Source: an uncultured Chloroflexia bacterium (lineage in GTDB: Bacteria; Chloroflexota; Chloroflexia; Thermomicrobiales; UBA6265). Taken from it: DNA of 64,000 nucleotides. The position numbers were made by a program, and so were the translations under genes. The stretch's first letter is position 1; each line of letters starts with the position of its first letter. The notes under the pieces were generated by a model. The model was not told where the DNA came from, did no database searches, and was given only the letters and a program-made list of their open reading frames with translations. Where the stretch lies: assembly GCA_963741795.1 (NCBI GenBank), contig CAVUJM010000024.1, forward strand, positions 1,657 to 65,656. Reading direction: 5' to 3'. Below are positions 1-13,721 of this stretch, piece after piece.

Positions 1-143
1 GCGCCAAGACCCCGATGACGCCGGATGCCGACACCGCGGTGAAGGTGATCCGCCTCATCGAGAAGCTCGAGGACCTCGATGACGTGCAGACCGTGTACTC
101 GAACCTCGACATCACCGACGAGGTCATGGCGCAGGTCAGCTAA
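1..143 (+). CDS. YebC/PmpR-family transcriptional regulator, C-terminal fragment (5' end outside window)
   Basis: Frame 3 reads ...[41 protein letters not shown] and stops at TAA 141-143. This acidic LEDxDDVQxVY tail is typical of YebC proteins, and the gene sits directly upstream of ruvC, a common arrangement. Confidence 0.6.
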   Translation, partial: AKTPMTPDADTAVKVIRLIEKLEDLDDVQTVYSNLDITDEVMAQVS

Positions 144-155
144 CGCCATCCCGGC

Positions 156-201
156 GTAGGGGCGGTCGGCCGAAGGCTCGCGCCCATCGACCTAGGTCGA
201 T
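156..201. repeat. REP-like unit: GTAG followed by an imperfect hairpin, then the palindrome ATCGACC-TA-GGTCGAT
   Basis: GTAG at 156-159, GGGCG...CGCCC hairpin at about 159-185, and perfect arms ATCGACC/GGTCGAT at 186-201. The same arms recur at 3347, 26173 and 38402. Confidence 0.5.
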
Positions 202-261
202 ACCCCGTGACGCGAGTATCGAACGGGGCGTTGCCGCTCCCCTTCCCGGAGGCCATTCCCC

Positions 262-789
262 ATGCCGGTCGCGCGGCGCACTGAACCCGTCATCCTCGGC
301 ATCGACCCCGGCACCGCCCGCCTCGGTTACGGCGTGATCCGCGGTGGATTGCAGCCCGCCGTGCTCGATGCTGGCGTCATCGAAACCTGGCCGGACCAGG
401 ACATGCCTGGCCGCCTCGTCACCCTCTACGAATCCATGCAGGAGTTGATCACGGAGTTCGAGCCTGACCGGCTTGCCGTCGAAAAGCTCTTCTTCGCCCG
501 CAACGTGACCACCGCGATCGCGGTCGGCCAGGCGCGTGGCGTCGTGCTCCTCGCCGCCGCGCAAGGCAACGTCCCGGTCTACGAGTACAGCCCCTCCGAG
601 ATCAAGCACGCCATCGCCGGGTACGGCAAGGCCGACAAGCCCCAAATGCAGGAGATGGTGCGTTTGATCTTGAACCTCCGCGCGATTCCGCAGCCGGACG
701 ACGCCGCGGACGCGCTCGCGGTCGCGATCTGCGACGCCCAGACCCGCCCGTTCGCCGAACGCGCCATGCCCGGGGAGATCGCCCGATGA
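262..789 (+). CDS. ruvC: crossover junction endodeoxyribonuclease RuvC
   Basis: 175-aa ORF with N-terminal ILGIDPGTARLGYGVI (RNase H-fold RuvC signature). GGAGG lies about 9 nt upstream. The stop overlaps the next start (ATGA). Confidence 0.9.
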   Translation: MPVARRTEPVILGIDPGTARLGYGVIRGGLQPAVLDAGVIETWPDQDMPGRLVTLYESMQELITEFEPDRLAVEKLFFARNVTTAIAVGQARGVVLLAAAQGNVPVYEYSPSEIKHAIAGYGKADKPQMQEMVRLILNLRAIPQPDDAADALAVAICDAQTRPFAERAMPGEIAR

Positions 790-1595
790 GTTCTTCCCAG
801 CGGCTCGACCATGCCCTCGTCGAACGCGGCCTGGCGGACACCCGATCGCGCGCGAAGGCGCTCATCATGGCCGGGGATGTCCTGGTCAATGACCAGAAGG
901 AGACCCGCGCCGGGCGGAACATTGCCGACGCCGATCGCATCGCCCTCAAAGAGAAGCCCCGCTTCGTCAGCCGTGGCGGCGAGAAGCTGGACAAGGCGCT
1001 GGACCAGTTCGGGATCGACGTCACCGGCATGGTGGCCGCCGATCTCGGTTCCAGCACCGGTGGCTTCACCGATTGCCTGCTCCAACGCGGCGCGACGAAG
1101 GTCTACGCGGTCGACGTCGGCTACGGCATCCTCGACGAGCGCATGCGGACAGACCCGCGCGTGGTTTCCATGGAGCGCACCAACGCGCGGCATCTCGATT
1201 CCCTGCCGGAGCCGGTCGACATCGTCGTCATCGACGTCTCGTTCATATCCCTTTCGCTGATGTTCCCGGTCGTGAAGCGGATCCTCAAGCCGGGCGGGAT
1301 GTGCGTGCCGCTGATCAAGCCCCAGTTCGAAGCCGGGAAGGAGAACGTCGGCAAGCGCGGCGTTGTGCGCGACCCTGCGGTGCACGAGATGGTGCTGCGC
1401 AAGACGCTCGGCTTCGCCCGCGAGCACGGACTTTCGGTGCAGGCGCTGACCGCGTCGCCACTGCGGGGGCCGAACGGCAACATCGAATTCCTCGCCCACA
1501 TCGTGAACGACCCCGACCTGATGGAGGCCGCCCCCGACACCCTCGTCGCCACGGCAATGGCCGAGGCTGCCGCAATCGGCACGGATGACGCCTGA
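786..1595 (+). CDS. tlyA: TlyA-family rRNA 2'-O-methyltransferase (haemolysin A-like)
   Basis: 269-aa ORF with an S4-like N-terminus (RLDHALVERGLADTRSRAKALI), FVSRGGEKL and the SAM motif DLGSSTGGFTDCLLQRGA. Confidence 0.85.
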   Translation: MSSSQRLDHALVERGLADTRSRAKALIMAGDVLVNDQKETRAGRNIADADRIALKEKPRFVSRGGEKLDKALDQFGIDVTGMVAADLGSSTGGFTDCLLQRGATKVYAVDVGYGILDERMRTDPRVVSMERTNARHLDSLPEPVDIVVIDVSFISLSLMFPVVKRILKPGGMCVPLIKPQFEAGKENVGKRGVVRDPAVHEMVLRKTLGFAREHGLSVQALTASPLRGPNGNIEFLAHIVNDPDLMEAAPDTLVATAMAEAAAIGTDDA

Positions 1596-1683
1596 CCCCT
1601 GTCCGTACGCCCCACGGATATGACGTCATGCCAATACTGAGCGACATTCATCGCGCTCGGCGGATATTCTGTATGCAAACCCC

Positions 1684-1713
1684 TTGAAATGGCCTGACCC
1701 GGCAAACTACACT
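1684..1713 (+). promoter_or_regulatory. candidate sigma-70 promoter upstream of the first sigma factor gene
   Basis: TTGAAA (1684-1689), 18-nt spacer, TACACT (1708-1713), inside a lower-GC gap of about 390 nt. Implies a long 5' UTR. Pattern match only. Confidence 0.3.
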
Positions 1714-1989
1714 CATGGGTAGGTGACAACGAATCAAGGAGACGGGAGGTTCCATGCGCTGGACGGACGTCACACAACCAAAATGGTAGACGAGGCACCC
1801 CTGCATTCACTGTAGGGTATTTTTGTGCCGCCCCTGCCATTGTGACGTCGACACACGTTGGGGATCCGCCGCCCCCTTCCACTGGCGGACAACACGACAA
1901 CTGCAACAATGTCGCATTTCGCGCAACGCCCTGAATGTCAATGGCGACTCCGAGAGTGCTGCGCTCGCCCGAGAGGTGGAAACGCTTCA

Positions 1990-3117
<1,128 letters not shown>

Positions 3118-3142
3118 CGACAATCACAAGGCAAGCAACACG

Positions 3143-3174
3143 ACAGCACCCCGGTCATTGGACCGGGGTGCTGT
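3143..3174 (+). terminator. intrinsic terminator-like hairpin after the sigma factor gene
   Basis: ACAGCACCCCGGTC-ATTG-GACCGGGGTGCTGT gives a perfect 14-bp stem, followed by TCGTT, 26 nt after the stop codon. Confidence 0.65.
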
Positions 3175-3294
3175 TCGTTAACCGCGACATCGGCCTGGCA
3201 CCGTCCCAGTTGTGCACCTTCGCGGCCCAGGAAGGTACCGGCGCGCGCCTACTCCTCGGCCACTCTAGAGGCACGCCAAGGGTGAACCTCCTGT

Positions 3295-3385
3295 GTAGTC
3301 CCGGGCCCTGTGCCCGGGACCGGGCACCGCAGGTGCCGCGAAGGAGATCGACCTTCGGTCGATGTCTCGCCCACAGGGGGCGAGA

Positions 3386-3391
<6 letters not shown>
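3295..3391. repeat. REP/BIME-like composite element: inverted termini GTAGTC...GACTAC(AG) around four hairpins
   Basis: H1 GTCCCGGGC-CCTGT-GCCCGGGAC 3298-3320. H2 GGCACC-GCA-GGTGCC 3323-3337. H3 ATCGACC-TTC-GGTCGAT 3347-3363. H4 GTCTCGCCC-ACAGG-GGGCGAGAC 3364-3386. The first 29 nt or so are identical to 38496-38524. Confidence 0.75.
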
Positions 3392-4665
<1,274 letters not shown>

Positions 4666-5007
4666 GAGGCGAGTTCTCCGTAGCGTGGCGAGCGTTCCCA
4701 CCCCGGCGACATGCGTCCGGGGCGAGCCATCGAGCCCTATCATACCCGCCGCCGGGGCCGACCATCGGTGTTGAAGCCGTGGCGCGCGGAGTGCTACGCT
4801 TGCCGTCCGACCGGTCTCGTCGGATGCCGAACTGCTGATGTGGTCTTGAGCCAACGTTTTGTGAGCCGGGAGCCGCTCGCGGCATGGGCCGTGGTCCATG
4901 CCCGTCCGTGGCACCCACCTGATGTGTCAGGTTCAAGGCTCCGCATCGAGCGCGGGTCCGTGAGACCGGTCTCTTTTCGTTCACGGACACACCCCGGGAG
5001 CGCCCCT

Positions 5008-6024
5008 GTGATCAGCATCATCCTCGGCCCGGACTACGCCCTCGCCCATCAGCGCCTGAAGGAGATTCGCCAGCAGCGGGATCCGTCAGGCGATAGCACC
5101 TCGTTCCTCGACGGCAAGAGCGTGGCGATCCGCCAGGTGATCATGGACATCTCCAGCATCGGCTTTTTCTCTGCGGGGCGGGTCGTGATCGTCGAGGACC
5201 TCATCGCCCGGCTCGGCAAGCAGGGCGCGAAGGACGGCGGGCAGACGCCGGACTGGCCAAGCCTGTTTGCGGCCGTCCAACCGGAAAGCACCCTCGTCCT
5301 GATCGACACGTCGCTTGCGTCCCTTCCGGCGATGGTCAAGAAGGCGCTACCGAAGGACGCCATGGTCGACGTCTCCAGGCCACCGCGCGGCCCGCAGCTC
5401 CTTGGCTGGATCCAGAAGACGGCCAAGGCGAACGGGTCGGAGATCGACCAGGCGGTCGCCCGCGACCTCGCGATGTCCCTCTATCCGCAATCCTGGGCGC
5501 AAGAGCCGCGCAATCCGGCCTATGACCGCCCGCCGGATATGGAGATGCTGGCCAACGAGATCGCCAAGCTCGCCCTCGCCGCCTATCCGGGACCGATCAC
5601 GCAGCAGCACATCCGCGAGATGGTCGCCCGCGAGTCGGACGACAAGCTCTTCACGTTCCTGGACGCCGCATCGGCGGGAAACGTCGGCGTGGCGGTCGTT
5701 GAGCTGGAGAAGTTGCTCGATGCCGGGGAGGATCCCGCCAAGCTGCTCGCCCAGCTGAGCCAGAACGTCGAACTGGGTGCGGTGATGAGCGCGGCCGGGC
5801 GTCGTAACCCGGCGGACGTCGGCAAGGAGATCGGTCTGGCCAACGCCAATCGCATGACGTCTATCCAGCGCGGCCTGCAGGGGCAGTCGATGTCATCGGC
5901 GCTGCGCCGCGTTCCAGTCGCGGCAGACGCCGACCGGAAGATGAAGACCGGCGCGCTCAAGGAGCCGCTCGACGCCCTCTACGACGCCATGCTCTCGATC
6001 GCCGCGAGCCGCCGGGCCCGCTAG
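5008..6024 (+). CDS. holA: DNA polymerase III subunit delta
   Basis: GTG 5008 is preceded by GGGAG. The product VISIILGPDYALAHQRLKEI... has the length and layout of HolA, with the C-terminal helical domain ...LFTFLDAASAGNVGVAVVELEKLLDAGEDPAKLLAQL. Family call rests on overall resemblance. Confidence 0.7.
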   Translation: MISIILGPDYALAHQRLKEIRQQRDPSGDSTSFLDGKSVAIRQVIMDISSIGFFSAGRVVIVEDLIARLGKQGAKDGGQTPDWPSLFAAVQPESTLVLIDTSLASLPAMVKKALPKDAMVDVSRPPRGPQLLGWIQKTAKANGSEIDQAVARDLAMSLYPQSWAQEPRNPAYDRPPDMEMLANEIAKLALAAYPGPITQQHIREMVARESDDKLFTFLDAASAGNVGVAVVELEKLLDAGEDPAKLLAQLSQNVELGAVMSAAGRRNPADVGKEIGLANANRMTSIQRGLQGQSMSSALRRVPVAADADRKMKTGALKEPLDALYDAMLSIAASRRAR

Positions 6025-6044
6025 CCATCGCCCCCTTCGCATCC

Positions 6045-6221
6045 GTAGTGGAGGACTTGCGGCATCCCGAAACCCTTCCACGGAACCAATGTGCCGCAAT
6101 GTCCTCCCCATGGAGCCGGCATGATGACTGTCGGCCATCCGCGCCGCCGGAAAGGAGGACATTTCGACCAGCCAGATCGCGGTTGATATGGCGATCGTTG
6201 GTCGAAAGTCCTCCGCTACAG
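6045..6221. repeat. REP-like composite element (second subfamily) bounded by GTAGTGGAGGAC...GTCCTCCGCTAC(AG)
   Basis: Two long bulged hairpins: GGAGGACTTGCGGCA (6050-6064) with TGCCGCAATGTCCTCC (6092-6107), and GGAGGACATTTCGACCA (6154-6170) with TGGTCGAAAGTCCTCC (6199-6214). An inner GATCGC/GCGATC stem is present. The second stem motif recurs at 14573-14630. Confidence 0.65.
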
Positions 6222-6261
6222 ATGATGGCTCACTTCAAGAATGGATTTGGTTAACGCCAAA

Positions 6262-6288
6262 CGCCCCGGTGGGAATCCCACCGGGGCG
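6262..6288 (-). terminator. intrinsic terminator of rpsT
   Basis: CGCCCCGGTGGG-AAT-CCCACCGGGGCG gives a perfect 12-bp stem. On the minus strand it is followed by TTTGGCGTT, about 30 nt downstream of the rpsT stop. Confidence 0.7.
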
Positions 6289-6316
6289 ACCCTGTCCGCT
6301 TTGCGCAAGACGGGGT

Positions 6317-6587
6317 TTACGCGCTCGCGGAGCCGTTGAACTTCGCCATCAGGCGGCTCTTGCGGCGGGCGGCGTTGTTCTTGTGGATGATGCCCTTGCT
6401 GGAGACGCGGTCGAGCATGGCGATGGCGCGCTGGACGGCCGTCTGGGCCTCCGTAGACGTCACCACTCTGGATCGCGAGCTCCGCCTTCTTCACGAGCGT
6501 GCGGGCAGCAGAGCGATACGGGCGGTTATGCAGGCGGTTGCGCTCGGCAACACGGACACGCTTGAGAGCAGACTTGCTATTCGCCAA
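6317..6587 (-). pseudogene. rpsT: 30S ribosomal protein S20; frame broken by a 1-nt indel near 6455, almost certainly an assembly error
   Basis: N-terminus [44 protein letters not shown] is in the frame of ORF 6216-6587. The conserved C-terminus [44 protein letters not shown] lies in the adjacent frame and ends at TAA 6317-6319. The span of 271 nt is not a multiple of 3. Confidence 0.9.
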
Positions 6588-6784
6588 AGTGGACCTTCCT
6601 CAGTATCTACGGATCGTGAATCGTCACGAACAGGGTGGCGCATTCATGTACACAACAAAGCGACCCGCTCACGGGCGCAGCGGCTATTCTACCAAAGAAT
6701 TGCCGCCGGCTCAACACGCCGCGCCGGCATATGCCTCCGACGACGCACTGCGCGAACGCCCCGCGCCATGGGATAATCCGCTTC

Positions 6785-8438
6785 ATGAGTCAGGCCAGCC
6801 AGGTCTTCGGACACCGCTCCACCGCCACCACCGAGACGACGGACGAGACGGCGCGACCGCGCGGGTCCGGGATGGCGCGCAACGCGATCATCGTCAGCAT
6901 CGCCTTCGTGCTTTCTCGCGTCCTCGGCCTGCTGCGCGAGATGATCCTCGCCCGCCAGTTCGGCACCGGGCCGGACATGGAGGCCTACGTTGCCGCCTTT
7001 CGCATCCCGGACCTGCTTTTCCTGACGATCATGTCCGGCGCGTTCGGGGCCGCGTTTATCCCCGTCTTCGGCGGATTCGTCGACCGTGGCGACAACGCGA
7101 AGGCGTCGCGCCTCGCCTCCTCGATCCTGACATGGACCGGCATCGCCGTCTTTATCCTCGCCGGGCTGTCGTGGATCTTCGCCCGACCGCTCACCAATAT
7201 CGTCGCCCCGCGCTTCGACACCTATACCGAGAACCTGACGGTCGAGCTGATGCGCATCCTGCTCCTCTCACCGGTCTTCCTCGGCCTCGGCATCGCCTTC
7301 AAGGGCATCCTGGAGGCCCAAAGCCAGTTCACCCTGCCGGCGCTCTCCCCGCTTGTCTACAACGCCGCGATCATCGTCGGCGCGTGGTTCTTCGCGCCGG
7401 ACTACGGTATCCAGGCGGTCGCCTGGGCGGTCATTCTCGGCGCCATGCTGCATATGGGCGTGCAGATGCCGGGCGTCATCCGCAGCGGGCTCAGCTTCCG
7501 CCCGACCATCGACCGCTCCGTCGACGGCCTTGGCGAGGTGTTGCGCCTTCTCGGGCCGCGCGTGCTCGGCCAGGCCGCGTTCCAGATCAACTTCATCGTC
7601 ATGACGGCGTTTGCGACTGTCATCGGCGCGCAGAACGTCGCCGCGTTCAACTACGGCTGGCAACTCCTGATGCTGCCGCACGGCGTGCTCGCGCTGAGCA
7701 TCTCGACGGTCGCGTTCCCGTCGCTCGCCGCGCTCTACAGCCGGGGCGACCGCCCCGGATTCGCCTCGCTCCTTGACCGCACGATGCGGCCGATGCTCTT
7801 CCTGTCGATCCCGGCCAGCGTCGGCCTGCTGATGCTCGGCACGCCGATCATCACCGTGATCTTCGAGGGCGGGAACTTCACCTCCGGCTCGACCGAGCTC
7901 GTCTCCGCGGCGCTGACCTGGTTCGCCGCCGGTCTCGTCGGCTATGGCCTGACGGAGATCGTTACCCGCGTCTTCTACGCCACTCGTGATACCCGCACGC
8001 CGGTGATCACGGGCGTGCTGACCATCGTCCTGAACATCATCCTCGCGTCCCTGCTGATCGACTCGCTCGGCATCGAGGGGTTGGCGATCTCGCTCAGCGC
8101 CACGACGGCCGCCGAAGCGATCATCATGATGCTCTTCCTCCGCTACCGCTCCGGGCAGATTTTCTCGCCCGGGTTCTTTGGCTGGCTCGTGCGAGTGATC
8201 CTGGCGACGGCGATGATGGCGGTCGTCATCCGGGTCACCGAGGGCTGGCTTGCGCGCGTGCTCGACGCCGACGTCGCGATCGCGATCCACCTCGCCTACT
8301 TCGGCCTGAGCATGGCGGTCTATGTCGACCACGTTCGTCCTCACCGCATGGTTCCTCCGTATCCCGGAGCTGGAACAGTCGGTCGCCAAGGTCACCGCTC
8401 GCATCCCGGCGTCGCTCCGAAGCCGCCTTATCCGCTAG
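6785..8438 (+). pseudogene. murJ: lipid II flippase MurJ (MviN); C-terminal frame shift near 8327, probable assembly error
   Basis: SRVLGLLREMILARQFGTGPDMEAYVAAFRIPDLLF is the MurJ N-terminal signature, followed by many TM segments. After ...LSMAVYV the hydrophobic continuation TTFVLTAWFLRIPELEQSVAKVTARIPASLRSRLIR is in the next frame and ends at TAG 8436-8438. The start could be 6785 or 6872. Confidence 0.8.
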
Positions 8439-8541
8439 GTCCCGCCGGTCCGCTATAATTGCCCGGTATCAGGTCGGGGACCCCCTCCCCGGCCGCCTTT
8501 GTTCTATCGCCTGAGCCACAGACGGGAAACGATCCCTCTCC

Positions 8542-10376
<1,835 letters not shown>

Positions 10377-10377
<1 letters not shown>

Positions 10378-11699
10378 TGGCGGATATCACGATCGTCGGG
10401 CTCGGCATCGGTCCGCGCGAGGAGCGCACGCAGAAGGCCCAGCGGGCGCTCGAGGCAGCGAAGACGCTCTTCGTTCGCTCGCACGGCGACCGTGTCGACA
10501 TGCGGGACCTGCTCGACCGCGACGGCACCATCGATCTCGCCAGGCTGCGCGACGCAGAGAGGTATCCGGCGCAGCCATGGACGCTGGCGGAGAATGCCGT
10601 GCTCGACGCGGCGAACAAGGGTGCAGTCGTGATCGCCATTCCGGGACACCCGCGCTTTGGCGAAGGGCTGGTCGAGAACATCGTCGCCCGCGCGGCCCAG
10701 CGAGGGCTTTCCGTGGAGATCGTCGATGGCATCAGCGTCATCGACGTGCTGGCTACCGCGCTGAACATCGACCCGCTGCGCGACCGCGTGCAGCTTTTCG
10801 ACGGCCGTGCCGTTTCCCGCATCGAAACGGATGCGCCGTTCGCGGGTGGCTCGCTTACCGCCACGCCCACCCGGCCGATCCTGCTCACGCATGTGTACGA
10901 CACCACGATCCTGACCGGTATTCATGCCGCGCTGTCGCGCATCCTGCCGCAGGAGCATCCGGTCACGCGAATCGAGGCTGCCGGCAGCAGCGATCAGTCG
11001 ATCAGCACCCACCGTCTTTCCGATCTTCCCGCGCTGGATGGCGGGATGCTCGTCGCCCTGTACATCCCGGCGCAGGAGCCGCTCGACGCCGCACGAGACC
11101 CGCGCACGCTCCAGCACATCGTCGCCCGCCTGCGCCGCCCGGACGGCTGCCCGTGGGACCGCAAGCAGGACCACCGCACGCTGCGGGACTCGATCATCGA
11201 CGAGGCGTACGAGGTGGTCGACGCGATCGACGCCGGTGACGATGCCAACCTCGCCGAGGAGCTGGGCGACCTGTTGCTGCTCGTGATGATGCACGCCCAG
11301 ATCGCCGAGGAGGCCGGGACCTTCACGCTGGAGGATGTCTACGAGGGCATCTCCCGGAAAATCGTCCGGCGCCATCCGCACGTCTTTGGGGATATGTCGG
11401 CTGAAGACGCCGGCGAGGTCATCGGCCTCTGGCAGCAGGTCAAGGCCCAAGAGAAGGCCGAGCAGCCAGGCAAGCCGGAGAAGGCCGCCGACGGCCAGCC
11501 GCACAGCATGCCCGCCCTCGTCCGCGCGCCGAAGGTGCTGCAGAAGCACCCGATGGCCGGAAATCTGCCACAATCTACGGCGGAAGAGCGGTCGCGCGCG
11601 TTACTCGCCGCCGTCGCGGACATCGTCGCTGTTGGCGACGATCCGGAGACGGTCCTGCGCCAGGCGCTGGTCGACCACGTTCAGAACAGCAATCCGTAA
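10377..11699 (+). CDS. mazG: MazG nucleotide pyrophosphohydrolase fused to an N-terminal tetrapyrrole-methylase-like domain (YabN-type)
   Basis: ATG overlaps the lepA stop (TAATG). N-terminal MADITIVGLGIGP...VIAIPGHPRFGEGL is methylase-like. C-terminal RLRRPDGCPWDRKQDHRTLRDSIIDEAYEVVDAI...EELGDLLLLVMMHAQIAEE is the MazG core. Confidence 0.85.
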
Positions 11700-11791
11700 A
11701 GGCGGACTCTGTGTCCGCGCGGGGTCGACATGGAGTTGACCCCGTACGGGCGATCTCCATGATCGCCCCCATCCAGGGAGATTCGCGTTTC

Positions 11792-13648
11792 ATGCACCAG
11801 ATCGACGTACAGCCAGATGCCATCGGCCGCATTACCTGCGGCTCGCTCCGCATCGAGGACACCGAGCGCCTCGATCCGCACGTCGTGCTCAAGGGATGGG
11901 TCAATCGCCGGCGAGACCTTGGCGGCCTGATCTTCATCGACCTTCGTGACCGCTTTGGCATCACGCAGGTCGTCTTCAACCCGGAGATCTCGGCCGAGGC
12001 ACACGAGCTGGCCAACCGCCTGCGCAACGAGTACGTCGTCGAGGTGAAGGGCATCGTCCGCAAGCGCCCCGAGGGCACGGTCAACCCCAAAATGGCGACG
12101 GGCGAGATCGAGGTCGAGGCACACGAGATCTCGATCCTCAACGAATCGAAGACGCCGCCCTTCTACATCAACGAAGAGGTCGACGTCGACGAGACGCTGC
12201 GCCTCAAGTACCGCTACCTCGACCTGCGCCGCCCGACGATGCAGGGGAACATCCTGCTGCGCCATCGGATCGTGAAGTTCATGCGCGACTTCCTCGACGA
12301 GCGTGGCTTCGTCGAGGTTGAGACGCCGACCCTGATCAAGAGCACGCCGGAGGGCGCGCGCGACTTCCTGGTGCCGTCCAGCGGCATGCCGGGCTCGTTC
12401 TACGCGCTGCCGCAGAGCCCGCAAATCCTGAAGCAGCTCCTGATGGTCTCCGGCCTCGACCGCTACTTCCAGATCGCCCGCTGCTATCGCGATGAGCCGC
12501 AGCGCTCGGACCGCCAGCCAGAGTTCACGCAGCTCGACCTCGAGATGTCCTTCGTCAACGAAGAGGACGTCATGGCGCTCATGGAGGCGCTCTTCATCGA
12601 GATCACGGAGCGCTACACGGACAAGGCGATCCAGCAAAAGCCCTTCCCGCGCATGACCTACGCCGAGGCGATGGACAAGTACGGCAACGACCGGCCGGAC
12701 ATCCGCTTCGGGATGCTGCTGCAGAACGTCTCCGATGCGCTGCGCGGCACCGGCTTCAAGGCGTTCGCCGGGGTGCTCGAGAACGGCGGCGAGGTGAAGG
12801 CCATCGTCGTCCCGGGCTGCGGCGACTACACGCGCAAGCAGATCGACGAGATCACCGAGCTGGCGAAGCAGCACGGCGCGAAGGGCCTTGCCACGATCGC
12901 CGTGACGGCGGAAGGCGTCAAATCGCCGATCGCCAAGTTCCTCTCCGAGGAGGAGATCGCGGCGCTGACGAGCGGGATCGGCGCGAACGCGGGCGACCTC
13001 GTCCTGCTCGTCGCGGACCAGCCGGACGTCGTCGCCAAGACCCTCTCGGCACTGCGCGCGGAGTTCGGCGAGCGCCTGGACCTGACCGACCCGAACACCA
13101 TCGCCTATGCGTGGGTCGTCGAGTTCCCGCTGCTGGAGTGGGACGAGGAAGGCAACCGCTGGGACGCGACCCACAACCCCTTCTGCGGCTTCTTCGAGGA
13201 GGACCGCGCGCTGCTGGACACCGATCCCGGCAAGGTGCGCTCGAAGCAGTACGACCTGATCGCCAACGGCAACGAGCTCGGCGGCGGCAGCGTCCGGAAC
13301 CACACCCGCGAGGCCCAGGAAAAGGTCTTCGACCTGATGGGCCACACCGGTGACGCAGTCGAGGATCGTTTCGGCTCGATCCTCACGGCGCTGGAGTACG
13401 GTGCCCCGCCGCACGGTGGTATCGCCTTCGGCCTCGACCGGCTGGTGATGGTCCTTGCCGGCGAGGAGAGTATCCGCGACGTCATCGCCTTCCCGAAGAA
13501 CCAGCGCGGCGTCGACGTGATGTTTGAGGCCCCGGCACCGGTCGACACCGAGCAGCTCGACGAACTCGGCCTCAACCTCAAGCATGGCGTCACGCCGGAG
13601 GCGCCGGCGATCAACATCGACGTGCCGGACGAGTCGACCGAAGGCTAA
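11792..13648 (+). CDS. aspS: aspartate--tRNA ligase
   Basis: VVLKGWVNRRRDLGGLIFIDLRDRFGITQVVF (OB anticodon-binding domain), FYALPQSPQILKQLLMVSG, RCYRDEPQRSDRQPEFTQLDLEMSF, GGGSVRNH, PPHGGIAFGLDRL. The start could be 11759 or 11792. Confidence 0.95.
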   Translation: MHQIDVQPDAIGRITCGSLRIEDTERLDPHVVLKGWVNRRRDLGGLIFIDLRDRFGITQVVFNPEISAEAHELANRLRNEYVVEVKGIVRKRPEGTVNPKMATGEIEVEAHEISILNESKTPPFYINEEVDVDETLRLKYRYLDLRRPTMQGNILLRHRIVKFMRDFLDERGFVEVETPTLIKSTPEGARDFLVPSSGMPGSFYALPQSPQILKQLLMVSGLDRYFQIARCYRDEPQRSDRQPEFTQLDLEMSFVNEEDVMALMEALFIEITERYTDKAIQQKPFPRMTYAEAMDKYGNDRPDIRFGMLLQNVSDALRGTGFKAFAGVLENGGEVKAIVVPGCGDYTRKQIDEITELAKQHGAKGLATIAVTAEGVKSPIAKFLSEEEIAALTSGIGANAGDLVLLVADQPDVVAKTLSALRAEFGERLDLTDPNTIAYAWVVEFPLLEWDEEGNRWDATHNPFCGFFEEDRALLDTDPGKVRSKQYDLIANGNELGGGSVRNHTREAQEKVFDLMGHTGDAVEDRFGSILTALEYGAPPHGGIAFGLDRLVMVLAGEESIRDVIAFPKNQRGVDVMFEAPAPVDTEQLDELGLNLKHGVTPEAPAINIDVPDESTEG

Positions 13649-13675
13649 GCCTTCCTGACGGCATGATGCGTGATG

Positions 13676-13702
13676 ATCGGGAGGCCCATGCGGCCTCCCG
13701 AT
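13676..13702 (+). terminator. intrinsic terminator-like hairpin after aspS
   Basis: ATCGGGAGGCC-CATGC-GGCCTCCCGAT gives an 11-bp stem followed by TCGTTG, 28 nt after the aspS stop. Confidence 0.6.
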
Positions 13703-13721
13703 TCGTTGAAAGGGCCCAACC

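Noticed and set aside
4666-5007. A known housekeeping RNA (SRP RNA, 6S, RNase P, tmRNA) or a tRNA in the larger gaps (4666-5007, 32712-33311, 58367-58785).
   Set aside because: I could not find the diagnostic motifs by eye: GGAAAGTCCGG and ACAGAACCCGGCTTA for RNase P, GTCAGGTCCGGAAGGAAGCAGC for SRP, GGTTCGAATCC-type T-arms, or a CCA-adjacent acceptor stem. An Rfam scan is still needed, and I claim no RNA gene.
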